The notes: generated by a model from the letters alone, not told the origin. A stretch of 63,531 nucleotides of DNA, filler included, from 4 parts of 4 records of this genome joined end to end with filler, not necessarily neighbours in it, one strand, 5' to 3'; shown: positions 1-9,354, counted from the first letter of the whole stretch. Numbers and translations are program-made.

Positions 1-1
1 G

Positions 2-406
2 GCGGGCTGGACCGGCATCCGCATCGATTCGGGCGACCCGGCGACAGGGGCCGAGGTGGCGATCCGCTGGTGGAAAGAGCGCGGCGAGGACCCGCGCGAA
101 AAGCTCATCATCTTCTCGGACGGGCTGGACGAGGAAAAGATCCTCGAGCTTTACGCCCAGTTCGCCGGGCGCGTTCGGGTGTCCTTTGGCTGGGGCACGC
201 TTCTGACCAATGACTTCCGCGGGCTGACACCGGGCGACAAGCTGGCGCCCTTCAGCCTTGTCTGCAAGGCGATCAGCGCCGATGGCCGCCCGACGGTCAA
301 GCTGTCGGACAACCCCAACAAGGCGATGGGGCCCGCCGAAGAAATCCGGCGCTACAAGCGCGTCTTCGGCGTGGGCCAGCAGGACGCCATGGATGTGGTC
401 GTCTAG
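2..406 (+). CDS. pncB: Nicotinate phosphoribosyltransferase, 5'-truncated
   Basis: Frame is open from the window edge. Motifs GIRIDSGDP, IIFSDGLD, SFGWGTLLTND and VKLSDNPNKAMG match NAPRTase. Confidence 0.93.
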   Translation, partial: AGWTGIRIDSGDPATGAEVAIRWWKERGEDPREKLIIFSDGLDEEKILELYAQFAGRVRVSFGWGTLLTNDFRGLTPGDKLAPFSLVCKAISADGRPTVKLSDNPNKAMGPAEEIRRYKRVFGVGQQDAMDVVV

Positions 407-409
407 ATC

Positions 410-1216
410 CTAGAAAGCGGCAAGGTCCCTGGACGCGTGGGTCACCGTGCCCTTGGTGTCGGTCATGGTCACATCGACTGACCGTGTCTTGCCCGGCACC
501 GAAAGGCCCACGCGCGGGTTCTCTGACAGCGAGATAGAGCCGGTCATCTCCACGTAGCCCGCGCCGTCGAGGTCGATCTGCACGTCCTCGACGTAGCGCA
601 TGGGGATGTAAAGCAGCGTGATCTGGTCCATCTGCATGCCCGAATGCGAGGGGTGCGAGATGTCCACGTCCAGCCGCCGCAGCCGCGCGCTCAGCCCGCC
701 AAGGCCGGTGCCGCCGGGCAGCAGGCGGTCGACCTCCAGCCCCATGTTGCCCAGCGTGGCCAGCGCCAGTTCGGGGTCCGTCCCCGGCGGCGCGGCGCAG
801 GCCCCCTGACCCGAGGTCTTGACGAAGCCTTCAGTCACCCAAAGCTGGCCGTCGGTGGTTTCGGCGACGACATGCAGCCCGGTCGGCCCGTTCACCCGCA
901 TCGTCACGTCGAAGAAAAAGCTCTCCTGCGGCTGGTCGAGGTCGAAGACCGCAGAGACCGGCATCGGGTTCTCGTCCAGCACCAGCGTGACCTTCCCCAG
1001 AAGCAGCCCCGGAGGCGCCTGCACCATGGCGGCGATCTGCGTGCGCGAATCGTTCTGGGTCCGGTAGGGGGCGTCGAGGGCGATCATCTCCGACCCGTCG
1101 TTCAGCCTCCGGTCGCCGTATAGTTGCGCGCGCACCGCATCCCAGCTTTCCCCCGCAAGCGCCGGAAGAGTCAGGCAAACCATCAAAAGCACGACGATCA
1201 GGGGCAGTCTGCTCAT
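410..1216 (-). CDS. Quinoprotein dehydrogenase-associated SoxYZ-like fusion carrier protein
   Basis: Signal peptide; SoxY-like half (LDENPMPVSAVF, MRVNGPT, VKTSGQGAC); SoxZ-like half (ISHPSHSGMQMDQ, SISLSENP); sits in a PQQ-dehydrogenase accessory cluster. Confidence 0.85.
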   Translation of the reverse strand: MSRLPLIVVLLMVCLTLPALAGESWDAVRAQLYGDRRLNDGSEMIALDAPYRTQNDSRTQIAAMVQAPPGLLLGKVTLVLDENPMPVSAVFDLDQPQESFFFDVTMRVNGPTGLHVVAETTDGQLWVTEGFVKTSGQGACAAPPGTDPELALATLGNMGLEVDRLLPGGTGLGGLSARLRRLDVDISHPSHSGMQMDQITLLYIPMRYVEDVQIDLDGAGYVEMTGSISLSENPRVGLSVPGKTRSVDVTMTDTKGTVTHASRDLAAF

Positions 1217-2148
1217 TCCTCTCCTCCTCCAGAAAGAAAGTTGCCAAAGGCGCGGGGCCCGTCGCAGGTGTCATGGGAGCCTAGCACTTCCGCCGTGCGT
1301 GCGTCGATGATCGAGAGCGTGTTGTCGAACCAATTCGCCACGACGATGCGGGCCTCGTCCGCCGTGGTGTCGATGCCCTCGGGGTATTCGCCGACTTCTA
1401 CGCGGGCCATTTCCGTCAGGGTTTCAAGGTCGATGACGCTGACCGTGTTCTCGTACTGGTTGCTGACGAAGGCGCGGTCGCGGGTGAAGGTGACGCCGTA
1501 GGGGCGCTCGCCCACCGGGATGGTCGCGGTGACGGTGCCTGCCACCGGATCGACGACAGAGACATCGTTGCTGCCGACATTGCCCACGAAAAGCCCGTCG
1601 CCCGGGCCGAAGCGCAGGCCAAAGGGCCGGGTGCCGACGGTCACGGCGTGTTGCAGCTCCAGCGTTTCGGCGTCGAAAAGCGAGACGCGGTCGGCGTCGC
1701 GGTCCGCCGTGGCCAGCCAGCGCCCGTCCCGCGACAGGGCGATGCCCGCCGGGGCCGCGCCGGTCTCGATCACGCGTTGCTGCTCCAGCGTCGCGGAGTC
1801 CAGCACCCAGAGCCGGGCGTTGTACCAGTCAGAGACGAAGAGGCGCCCGCGCGCGGCGTCCAGCGCCGTGCCGATGGGGCCGCCGTCCAGCGTGACCTCT
1901 GCGGCGATGGTGCCGTCCGGGTCGTGGCGCCGGACCACCTTGGCATCCGGCGCGACGGTGTAGACGGCACCCTTGCCCACCGCGATCCCGGCGGGCTTGC
2001 CGGGCACCGACCACGTCTGAACCGCCGCCCCGCCGTCGAGGTCGATCACCGCCAGCGCGTCGCCGTTCTGGCAGGTGACATAGGCGCGCTCTGCCAGGGC
2101 CGCGCCCGGGACCAGACCCAGCCAAAGCACCGCGCCCCACCCGGCCAC
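1213..2148 (-). CDS. YVTN/YncE-family beta-propeller periplasmic protein
   Basis: Repeated YVT/FVS-N...VSVID blades and VG.RP.G motifs. GTG at 2148 chosen as start because it avoids overlap and gives a signal peptide; the ORF is open to 2232. Overlaps the SoxYZ-like gene by 4 bp. Confidence 0.82.
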   Translation of the reverse strand: MAGWGAVLWLGLVPGAALAERAYVTCQNGDALAVIDLDGGAAVQTWSVPGKPAGIAVGKGAVYTVAPDAKVVRRHDPDGTIAAEVTLDGGPIGTALDAARGRLFVSDWYNARLWVLDSATLEQQRVIETGAAPAGIALSRDGRWLATADRDADRVSLFDAETLELQHAVTVGTRPFGLRFGPGDGLFVGNVGSNDVSVVDPVAGTVTATIPVGERPYGVTFTRDRAFVSNQYENTVSVIDLETLTEMARVEVGEYPEGIDTTADEARIVVANWFDNTLSIIDARTAEVLGSHDTCDGPRAFGNFLSGGGEE

Positions 2149-2194
2149 GCAGCGCGCGCCGGGGCGTCCGGCCCCTGTCCTCCTGTGGAAAGGC

Positions 2195-2746
2195 CTAGCT
2201 GCCCGCCGCACCGAACCGCTCGACCAGCGCATCCATGCCCGCCTGATAGACGCCAGTGACGGCGGCGATGGCGGCCTCGTCGTTCAGCTCTGCCGGCGGG
2301 TCGTTGTTGGGGTAGCCGCGGTAGAAGGCGCCGCGCCACTCGACCAGAGAGCCGCCGCCGTCCAGCGGCTTCACCGTCAGGTGGCTGGAGTAGTTCGTCA
2401 CCGGCAGGACCTCTACCGCGACATCGGTGATGCGGTAGGAATAGGTCATCTTCGCCGCGTCGTACTTGTACAGCACTTCCGAGATGATCGGCCCGTCCGC
2501 GCCCTGATCCGACAGGTGCAGCACCCGCGTGGCGTCGACCTCGTTGCCGCCCTCGCCGGTCTGCGAGACCACCGCAGGGTGCCATGTCAGGTCCTGAAAG
2601 TCGCCGATCGCCTCCCAGACCTCTTCCGGAGAGGCCGCGACCTCTGCGGTGACGGTCACCTTCTGGCGGGTCGGCCCGTGGGCCATGGCAAGCGACGGCA
2701 GCGCCAGCGCCGTGGCCGCGGCCATCATGAACAGTCGTCTTTGCAT
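2195..2746 (-). CDS. SRPBCC/polyketide-cyclase-like protein (MxaD-like), exported
   Basis: GGAGG RBS upstream of ATG 2746; RR-containing signal peptide (MQRRLFMMAAA...AMA); ASPEEVWEAIGDF, WHPAV and VEWRGAFYRG motifs. Confidence 0.82.
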   Translation of the reverse strand: MQRRLFMMAAATALALPSLAMAHGPTRQKVTVTAEVAASPEEVWEAIGDFQDLTWHPAVVSQTGEGGNEVDATRVLHLSDQGADGPIISEVLYKYDAAKMTYSYRITDVAVEVLPVTNYSSHLTVKPLDGGGSLVEWRGAFYRGYPNNDPPAELNDEAAIAAVTGVYQAGMDALVERFGAAGS

Positions 2747-3084
2747 CGTTCCTCCCTCTCGGGCGTGGCCGCGTGGGTCTCCTCCGGGCGCGGCGGCGCC
2801 GATCCTGCGTGCCGCGTGATGCGGCGCGTCCTCATGCGCCCAGCATTTCGCGCCCGGCCCGAAGCGGTCAAGCACAAGGGGCCTGTCCGGCATGTCGACC
2901 AAAGTATGCACTGCCGGAAAGCGGCGCATTTTCCTGCACTTGGACGGTTGCCCGGCGGGGCGGATGGCGCGTAGGCACATCCATGCTTTTCGCATGGAAA
3001 ACAGCATCTTGGCGGCGATCGGTGCCAGGATCGGACCGACCGGCAGACGTCCGCGACGCGCCCGCCCCGGATGGGGGCATCCGA

Positions 3085-3105
3085 ACCGCTCTTAGAAATT
3101 AAGAG
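3085..3105. promoter_or_regulatory. Palindromic operator candidate CTCTTA-N5-TAAGAG, copy 1
   Basis: Perfect 6-bp inverted repeat in an AT-rich patch of a divergent intergenic region; 18/20 identical to 12881-12900. Confidence 0.55.
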
Positions 3106-3231
3106 TCGCGCGCCCATGCGCCGTGTCTACCCTCGATCCTGCAACCCCGGCGGGGACAGGGTGCCGCCGCGCCGTCCCCCTCCGGGGTCGCCAGACGAGA
3201 GCCCGGGCCACCCGGGTCGTGGGAGGATACC

Positions 3232-4419
3232 GTGAACCGTTTGCTGATGCCGCTTCTTGCGGCGCTGCTGTGCCTTGGCCTGACCCAGCGGGCCGCCGCG
3301 CTGGATGTCTCTGCCGCCGTGCTTCGGATCGACTACCAGCGGCTTCTGCCGATCTCGCGCTATGACCTGCGGCCCGAGGACCTCGGATTCGCCGGGGCCA
3401 CGCTGGCGGATGAGGACAACGGCACCACCGGCGGTTTCCTCGGCCACACCTATACCACGCAGACCGTCGCCGTTCCCCCGGAAGAGGCCGACGCCGCGCT
3501 GGAGAAGATCCTGAGCGAGGGCATCCGCCTGATCGTCATTCTTGCCGAGCAGGAGGACCTTCTGCGGCTGACCGATCAGGCGGCAGAGGCGGGCGCGCTG
3601 GTGCTGAACGCGCAGGCGCCCGACGTTGCGCTGCGCGACGACCAGTGCCGGGGCAACCTGCTGCACATCGCGCCGTCGAACGGGATGCTGACCGACGCCG
3701 TGGCGCAATACGCCGTCTGGAAGGACTGGAAGGACTGGTTTCTGATCGCCGGGTCGAACCCCGCCGACGTGGCGCTGGCCGACAGCTACCGCCGTTCGGC
3801 GAAGAAGTTCGGCGTCTTCATCGCCGAGGATCGCACCATAGAGGATCGCGGTGGCACACGGCGCACCGACTCGGGTCATGTGCTGGTGCAGAAGCAGCTT
3901 CCGGTGGAAACGCAGGGCGCCGACCGGCACGATATGGTGGTGGCCGCCGATGCCACCGATTACTTCGCACGTTACCTGCCCTACCACCTCTGGACCCCGC
4001 GTCCCGTGATGGGCAGCGCCGGCCTGCGCCCGGTGAATTTCCACGGGGCGCATGAGGCATGGGGTGCCACGCAGTTCCAGAACCGCTTCGAGGCGCTGAC
4101 CCGCCGCCACGTCCGGCCCGAGGATTACAACACATGGCTCGCCCTGCGCGTCGTCGGAGAGGTCGTGACCCGCGCCAATACCATCGACCCCGACGAGATG
4201 CGCGCCTATGCGCTGTCCGACGCCTTCGAACTGGCCGCATTCAAGGGACAAAAGGTCACCTTCCGCGACTGGAACGGGCAGTTGCGCCAGCCGATCCTGC
4301 TGTACGACGGCATGATCACCGTCAGCGTCAGCCCGCAGGAGGGCTTTCTGCACCAGACCTCGCCGCTCGACACGCTGGGGCTCGACCGCCCCGAATCCGC
4401 CTGCACCGCCTTCAACTGA
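3232..4419 (+). CDS. ABC substrate-binding protein of the PQQ-dependent alcohol dehydrogenase system (PedA1/LutA-like)
   Basis: Signal peptide; DEDNGTTGGFLG, WGATQFQNRF, FKGQKVTFRDWNGQLRQPI and VSVSPQEGFLHQ..LDTLGLDRPESAC are characteristic of this family; GGGAGG RBS. Confidence 0.88.
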   Translation: MNRLLMPLLAALLCLGLTQRAAALDVSAAVLRIDYQRLLPISRYDLRPEDLGFAGATLADEDNGTTGGFLGHTYTTQTVAVPPEEADAALEKILSEGIRLIVILAEQEDLLRLTDQAAEAGALVLNAQAPDVALRDDQCRGNLLHIAPSNGMLTDAVAQYAVWKDWKDWFLIAGSNPADVALADSYRRSAKKFGVFIAEDRTIEDRGGTRRTDSGHVLVQKQLPVETQGADRHDMVVAADATDYFARYLPYHLWTPRPVMGSAGLRPVNFHGAHEAWGATQFQNRFEALTRRHVRPEDYNTWLALRVVGEVVTRANTIDPDEMRAYALSDAFELAAFKGQKVTFRDWNGQLRQPILLYDGMITVSVSPQEGFLHQTSPLDTLGLDRPESACTAFN

Positions 4420-4430
4420 TGGAGACCGCG

Positions 4431-5402
4431 ATGAAAGCCCTCTTGCCCCTCGTCCTTGCGTTGACCGCCTCTCCGGTGCTGGCCAACAAGGCCTTCGTGT
4501 CGAACGAGCGGGGCAACACGATCACCGTGGTCGACACCGAGACATGGGAGGTCATCCACGAGTTCGACGGCGGCAACCGCCCGCGCGGGATCACCCTCTC
4601 TCCGGACGGGACGAAGCTGTATGTCTGCGCCTCGGACGACAACCTCGTGCGGGTCTTCGACACCGAGACCTATGAAGAGTTGCAGAGCCTGCCCTCCGGG
4701 CCCGACCCGGAGCTCTTCATCATCGAACCCTCGGGCAAGCGGCTTTATATCGCCAACGAGGACGACAACCTCGTGACCGTGACGGATACCGAGACGCACA
4801 CCATCCTCGCCGAGGTCCCCGTGGGGGTGGAGCCCGAGGGCATGGGCATGTCGCCGGATGCGAAATGGGTGGTGAACACGTCTGAGACCACCAACATGGC
4901 GCATTTCATCGACACGACCGATTACAAGATCAAGCACAACGTGCTGGTCGACCAGCGCCCGCGCTACGCGCAGTACACGGCGGACGGCACGCGGCTGTAT
5001 GTCTCGTCCGAGATCGGCGGCACCGTGTCGGTCATGGACATCGCCGAGGACGGCACGCCCACGCTGGTCGAGAAGATCACTTTCGAGGTGCCCGGCGTCC
5101 TGCCCGAGTGGCTGCAACCCGTGGGCGTGAAGGTGACAGAGGACGGCAGCCGCGTCTTCGTGGCGCTGGGCCCCGCCAACCGGGTCGCGGTGATCGACGG
5201 CGAGACGCTGGAAGTGCTGGATTACATCATCACCGGGCAGCGGGTCTGGCAGTTGGCCTTCACCCCGGACGAGAAATACCTCCTGACCACCAACGGCAAT
5301 TCCAACGACATCACCGTGATTGACGTGGCCGCCGAAAAGGCCATCAAGTCCGTGCAGGTCGGCCAGCAGCCCTGGGGCGTGGTCGTCACCCCCGATCCCT
5401 GA
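4431..5402 (+). CDS. PQQ-catabolism-associated YVTN beta-propeller protein (PedA2/LutB-like)
   Basis: GGAGA RBS and ATG at 4431; signal peptide; FVSNERGN, RPRGI, SGPDPE, VGVEPEG, VDQRPR and LGPANRVAV motifs. Confidence 0.88.
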   Translation: MKALLPLVLALTASPVLANKAFVSNERGNTITVVDTETWEVIHEFDGGNRPRGITLSPDGTKLYVCASDDNLVRVFDTETYEELQSLPSGPDPELFIIEPSGKRLYIANEDDNLVTVTDTETHTILAEVPVGVEPEGMGMSPDAKWVVNTSETTNMAHFIDTTDYKIKHNVLVDQRPRYAQYTADGTRLYVSSEIGGTVSVMDIAEDGTPTLVEKITFEVPGVLPEWLQPVGVKVTEDGSRVFVALGPANRVAVIDGETLEVLDYIITGQRVWQLAFTPDEKYLLTTNGNSNDITVIDVAAEKAIKSVQVGQQPWGVVVTPDP

Positions 5403-5425
5403 ATGCGAAGACCGAGGAGACCCCG

Positions 5426-5866
5426 ATGAAACGACTGATTGCCGCCGCCGCCCTTGCCTCTGGGCTTGCCGCGCCCGCCGTGGCCGCGCCGCTGTGCGAG
5501 GATCTCGGCTTTGCCGGGCTGCTGGCCGCCTGCAACCGGGGCGAGGATATCCCGCTGACGCTGGCCTCGGGCCAGCCGCTGGGCGAGGACGTGCAGCTTC
5601 AATCGGGCGCCTATTACACGCTGGTCATCACCGCCGACGGCTCTGCCGAGCTTGCAGTCGAGGGCGCCAGCTTCTTCCGGGCGATCTGGATGAACGAGAT
5701 CGTCATCAATTCCATCGAGATCCGCCCCATGGCCATCGATTCGATCGAGTTCGACAAGGCCGGCGTGGTCGAGATGTCCTTCATCGCCATCAAGCCGGGG
5801 ACCCATGTGCTGAAGATCCCGGGCAGCACCGGCGAGACCCAGCAAGTCAAGATTTCCATCCAGTAA
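5426..5866 (+). CDS. Exported hypothetical protein, possibly cupredoxin-like fold
   Basis: GAGGAG RBS; signal peptide; LQSGAYYTLVI...FFRAIW...FIAIKPG pattern resembles cupredoxin-like proteins of PQQ clusters; no obvious type-1 Cu ligand set. Confidence 0.65.
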   Translation: MKRLIAAAALASGLAAPAVAAPLCEDLGFAGLLAACNRGEDIPLTLASGQPLGEDVQLQSGAYYTLVITADGSAELAVEGASFFRAIWMNEIVINSIEIRPMAIDSIEFDKAGVVEMSFIAIKPGTHVLKIPGSTGETQQVKISIQ

Positions 5867-5878
5867 AGGACCACGGAG

Positions 5879-6145
5879 ATGAAACGCCTGACCACCACCC
5901 TTGCCGCCCTCGTCCTTGCCGCGCCCCTCTGGGCCGCCAGCCATGCAGAGGACGGGATCCCGCAGGAAACCGTCGATGCCATCATGGCCATGCTGACGGA
6001 GATGGAATGCCAGATGGCCCCCGATGACATCGAGATGGAGGATGACGGCGGCTACGAATTGGACGACGTGATCTGCAAGGGCGGCAACCAGTTCGACATA
6101 GAGCTCGACGCCGATCTGAACGAGGTCGGCCGTCGCGCCGAATAG
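5879..6145 (+). CDS. Small acidic periplasmic PepSY-domain protein
   Basis: GGAG RBS; signal peptide; IEMEDDGGYELDD and FDIELDADL PepSY_2-like pattern; two Cys. Confidence 0.75.
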   Translation: MKRLTTTLAALVLAAPLWAASHAEDGIPQETVDAIMAMLTEMECQMAPDDIEMEDDGGYELDDVICKGGNQFDIELDADLNEVGRRAE

Positions 6146-6240
6146 GGGCCTGCGACCAAAGCACCGGGTGCGGGCGGTGGTCCGCGCCCTACAGTGAAAA
6201 CCGGGGCCATGGCCGTCCCGATCTCTGGGGGAGAAAAGAG

Positions 6241-7215
6241 ATGCTCGATTTCATCACGCGTCTGGGCGCCGCGGCGCTGGCGGTGACGCTGGCCCTGCCG
6301 GCTGCCGCGCAGGACCTGCCCGTGGTCCGCGCCGCGACGCTCAAGATCGGCACCGTCAACTGGGAGATGGAGACCATCATCCGGAACGGGCTGGACGAGA
6401 AACACGGCTTTGCGCTGGAAATGCAGCCCTATGCCGACAACGGCGCCACCCGCGTCGCGGTCGAGGGCGGGGAGGCCGACATGGCCGTCGCCGACTGGAT
6501 CTGGGTCGCGCGCCAGAATGCGGGCGGCAAGGACTACACCTTCATTCCCTACTCCAAGGCCGTCGGTGGTCTTCTGGTGCCCGAAGGCAGCGAGGCGCAG
6601 ACACTTCAGGACCTCGCCGGGGGCAAGATCGGCATCGCGGGCGGGCCGCTCGACAAGTCGTGGTTGATCCTGCGGGCATACGCCCAGCAGGAGTACGGCA
6701 TGGACCTTGCCGCCGAGACAGAGCAGGTCTTCGGCGCGCCGCCGCTGATCTTCAAGTCCGGCCTCTCGGGCGAGATGAACGGCGCCATCAACTTCTGGCA
6801 CTTCCTCGCCAAGATGAAGGCCGCCGGGATGAAGGAACTGATCTCGGTGGACGAGGCGGGCAAGGCGCTGGGCCTGAACACCGACACGCCGCTTCTGGGC
6901 TACTACTTCAAGCAGGGCTTCCTCGACGAGCACCCCGGTCTGGCGCAGGCCTTCTTCGAGGCCAGCCGCGAGGCCAAGGACCTGCTCGCAAGCGATGACG
7001 CCGCGTGGGAGGCGATCCGCCCGATGATGAACGCCAAGGATGACGCCGAGTTCGAGGCGCTCAAGGCCGACTGGATCGCGGGCATCCCGGCGCGCGGGCC
7101 GGTCGACATCGAGGGCGCCAACAAGATGCTGGCGCTGATGAACGAATTGGGCGGCGAGGAGCTGGTGGGCGAAGCCACCGAGATCCCCGGCGGCCTCTTC
7201 GCCGACGTCAACTGA
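6241..7215 (+). CDS. NitT/TauT (SsuA/NMT1-like) ABC substrate-binding protein
   Basis: Signal peptide; GTVNWE, DMAVADWIWV, LQDLAGGKIGIAGGPLDKSW motifs; followed by a cognate permease and ATPase. Confidence 0.85.
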   Translation: MLDFITRLGAAALAVTLALPAAAQDLPVVRAATLKIGTVNWEMETIIRNGLDEKHGFALEMQPYADNGATRVAVEGGEADMAVADWIWVARQNAGGKDYTFIPYSKAVGGLLVPEGSEAQTLQDLAGGKIGIAGGPLDKSWLILRAYAQQEYGMDLAAETEQVFGAPPLIFKSGLSGEMNGAINFWHFLAKMKAAGMKELISVDEAGKALGLNTDTPLLGYYFKQGFLDEHPGLAQAFFEASREAKDLLASDDAAWEAIRPMMNAKDDAEFEALKADWIAGIPARGPVDIEGANKMLALMNELGGEELVGEATEIPGGLFADVN

Positions 7216-7230
7216 GGCACGGGCAGCCCG

Positions 7231-7983
7231 ATGACCGACACCCACGCGGGCACCTCCGCCCTGTCGCTTGTCGGGCTGCTGGCGCTCTGGATCGTGGCGG
7301 CGGGCCTGACCGCCGACCCGCAGATCCTGCCACAGCCATGGGCGCTGGTGCAGCCCTTCCTGCGCGAGGTTTCTTCGGGCGAACTGCCATTCCATCTTGG
7401 CGCGACGCTCTTGCGGGTGGTCTGGGCCTTCGCGCTGGCCATGGGGCTGGGCATCGCGCTGGGGCTGGTCATGGGGCGCTCGGAACGGGTGAACCGCTGG
7501 CTCGACCCGTGGCTGGTGATCTTCCTCAACCTGCCCGCGCTGGTGCTGATCGTGCTCTGCTACCTCTGGATCGGCCTGAACGAAACGGCGGCGATCCTTG
7601 CCGTGACGCTCAACAAGATCCCCAACGTCGCGACCGTGGTGCGCGAGGGCGCGCGGGCGCTGGACCCCAGCCTCGACGCCATGGCGCGGGTCTACCGGAT
7701 GTCGGCGCTGGCGCGGTTCCGGCACGTGATCCTTCCGCAGCTTGCGCCCTTCATCACCGGCGCGGCGCGGGGCGGCATCGCGGTGATCTGGAAGATCGTG
7801 CTGGTGGTCGAGTTCCTTGGCCGCTCTTCGGGCGTCGGTTTCCAGATCCACCTCTATTTTCAGCTCTTCGACGTGGCCATGGTGCTGGTCTACGCGCTGT
7901 CCTTCATCGCCGTCATGCTGGTGGTCGAATGGCTGGTCCTGCAACCCTGGGAGCGCCGCGTGCGCCGCTGGAGGCAGGCGTGA
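7231..7983 (+). CDS. NitT/TauT ABC permease
   Basis: Multiple TM helices; EAA-like loop (EGARALDPSLDAMARVY) and WKIVLVVEFLG...GVG. Confidence 0.88.
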   Translation: MTDTHAGTSALSLVGLLALWIVAAGLTADPQILPQPWALVQPFLREVSSGELPFHLGATLLRVVWAFALAMGLGIALGLVMGRSERVNRWLDPWLVIFLNLPALVLIVLCYLWIGLNETAAILAVTLNKIPNVATVVREGARALDPSLDAMARVYRMSALARFRHVILPQLAPFITGAARGGIAVIWKIVLVVEFLGRSSGVGFQIHLYFQLFDVAMVLVYALSFIAVMLVVEWLVLQPWERRVRRWRQA

Positions 7984-8573
7984 TCGCGGTCGATATCCTC
8001 TCGAAAAGCTTCGGGGACACGCAGGTTCTGGGCCGCATCCGCTTCGACGTCGCGCCGGGCGAGACGGTGGCGCTGCTCGGGCCTTCGGGGATCGGCAAGT
8101 CGACGCTTCTGCGGATCGTGGCGGGGATCGACCCGAAGTACGAGGGCAGGGTGCAGCGCCCCGACTCTATGGCCATCGTCTTTCAGGAGCCGACCCTGCT
8201 GCCGTGGCGTTCGGCGCTGGACAACCTGCTCTTGACCCAGCCGGGGCTCGACAAACCTGCCGCCAAGGCCGCGCTGGAGCGTGTCGGCCTTGCGGGCAAG
8301 GGCGACGCCTTTCCCGGTCAGTTGTCGCTGGGCCAGCAGCGGCGGCTGTCGCTGGCGCGGGCCTTCGCCGGGCGCCCGGCCTTCCTGATCATGGACGAGC
8401 CCTTCGTCTCGCTCGACCCCGAGATGGCCGCACAGATGATCGGCCTGACCGAGGAGCTGATCGCCGAAACCCGGCCCGCGACGCTGTTCGTCACCCATGC
8501 AAGGGCCGAGGCCGACCGCCTCGCCGACCGCGTTCTGACGCTGTCGGGCCAGCCCGCGACGCTGGAGGCCTGA
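7980..8573 (+). CDS. NitT/TauT ABC ATP-binding protein
   Basis: GTG start overlaps the upstream TGA; Walker A GPSGIGKST, VFQEPTLLPW, LSLGQQRR, MDEPF and H-loop VTH. Confidence 0.88.
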   Translation: MIAVDILSKSFGDTQVLGRIRFDVAPGETVALLGPSGIGKSTLLRIVAGIDPKYEGRVQRPDSMAIVFQEPTLLPWRSALDNLLLTQPGLDKPAAKAALERVGLAGKGDAFPGQLSLGQQRRLSLARAFAGRPAFLIMDEPFVSLDPEMAAQMIGLTEELIAETRPATLFVTHARAEADRLADRVLTLSGQPATLEA

Positions 8574-8634
8574 CGATGCGCCGCTCGCCTTGCCCTTGGT
8601 CGCCCGCCACCCCGTCGCCCGAAGGGGGGAGGCC

Positions 8635-9354
8635 ATGAGCACCGGACTGACCGTCGAAAACCTGAAGTTCCGCTACGGGGCGAAAGAGGCGCTGAAGGGC
8701 GTCAGCTTCGACCTCGCGCCGGGGCGGTTCTGCGCGCTTCTGGGGCCGAACGGGGCGGGCAAGTCGACGCTGGTGTCCCTGCTGACCCGCCTGCTTGTCG
8801 CGCCAGAGGGGCGCATCGCGGTCGCGGGCCATGACCTGAGGGACGCGCCGCGCCGCGCGCTGGCCGCGCTGGGCGTGGTGTTCCAGCAGCCGACGCTGGA
8901 TCTGGACCTGACCGTGCGCCAGAACCTGATGTATTTCGCGGCCCTGCACGGCCTGCCGCGCCGCGAAGCCACGGCCCGGATCGACGAGGCGCTGGACCGC
9001 CTGTCGATGCTGGAGCGCGCCGGAGAGAAGGTGCGCGCGCTGAACGGCGGCCACCGGCGCCGGACGGAACTGGCCCGCGCGCTGATCCACCGGCCCCGCG
9101 TGCTTCTGCTGGACGAGCCGACCGTGGGCCTCGACGCGCAATCGCGCGCGGGGATCACGGCGCATGTGCACGACCTTGCGGAACAGGGGCTTTGCGTCCT
9201 CTGGGCGACCCACCTGACGGATGAGGTGCGCGACGGTGACCGCCTGCTGGTGTTGCATCAGGGCCAGATCCTTGCCGACGGCGACACCGGCGCGATCCGG
9301 GGCGATCAGACGCTGTCCGACTGGTTCCTCTCCAGAACGGGGACGCCGGTATGA
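8635..9354 (+). CDS. ABC ATP-binding protein of the PQQ-ADH system (PedB/LutE-like)
   Basis: GGGAGG RBS; GPNGAGKST, VFQQPTLDLDL, LNGGHRRR, LLDEPTVGLD and LWATHL. Confidence 0.88.
   Translation: MSTGLTVENLKFRYGAKEALKGVSFDLAPGRFCALLGPNGAGKSTLVSLLTRLLVAPEGRIAVAGHDLRDAPRRALAALGVVFQQPTLDLDLTVRQNLMYFAALHGLPRREATARIDEALDRLSMLERAGEKVRALNGGHRRRTELARALIHRPRVLLLDEPTVGLDAQSRAGITAHVHDLAEQGLCVLWATHLTDEVRDGDRLLVLHQGQILADGDTGAIRGDQTLSDWFLSRTGTPV

Noticed and set aside
410-1216. Possible thiosulfate-oxidising Sox system
   Set aside because: Only a fused SoxYZ-like protein is present, with no soxABXCD, and the context is the PQQ dehydrogenase accessory cluster.
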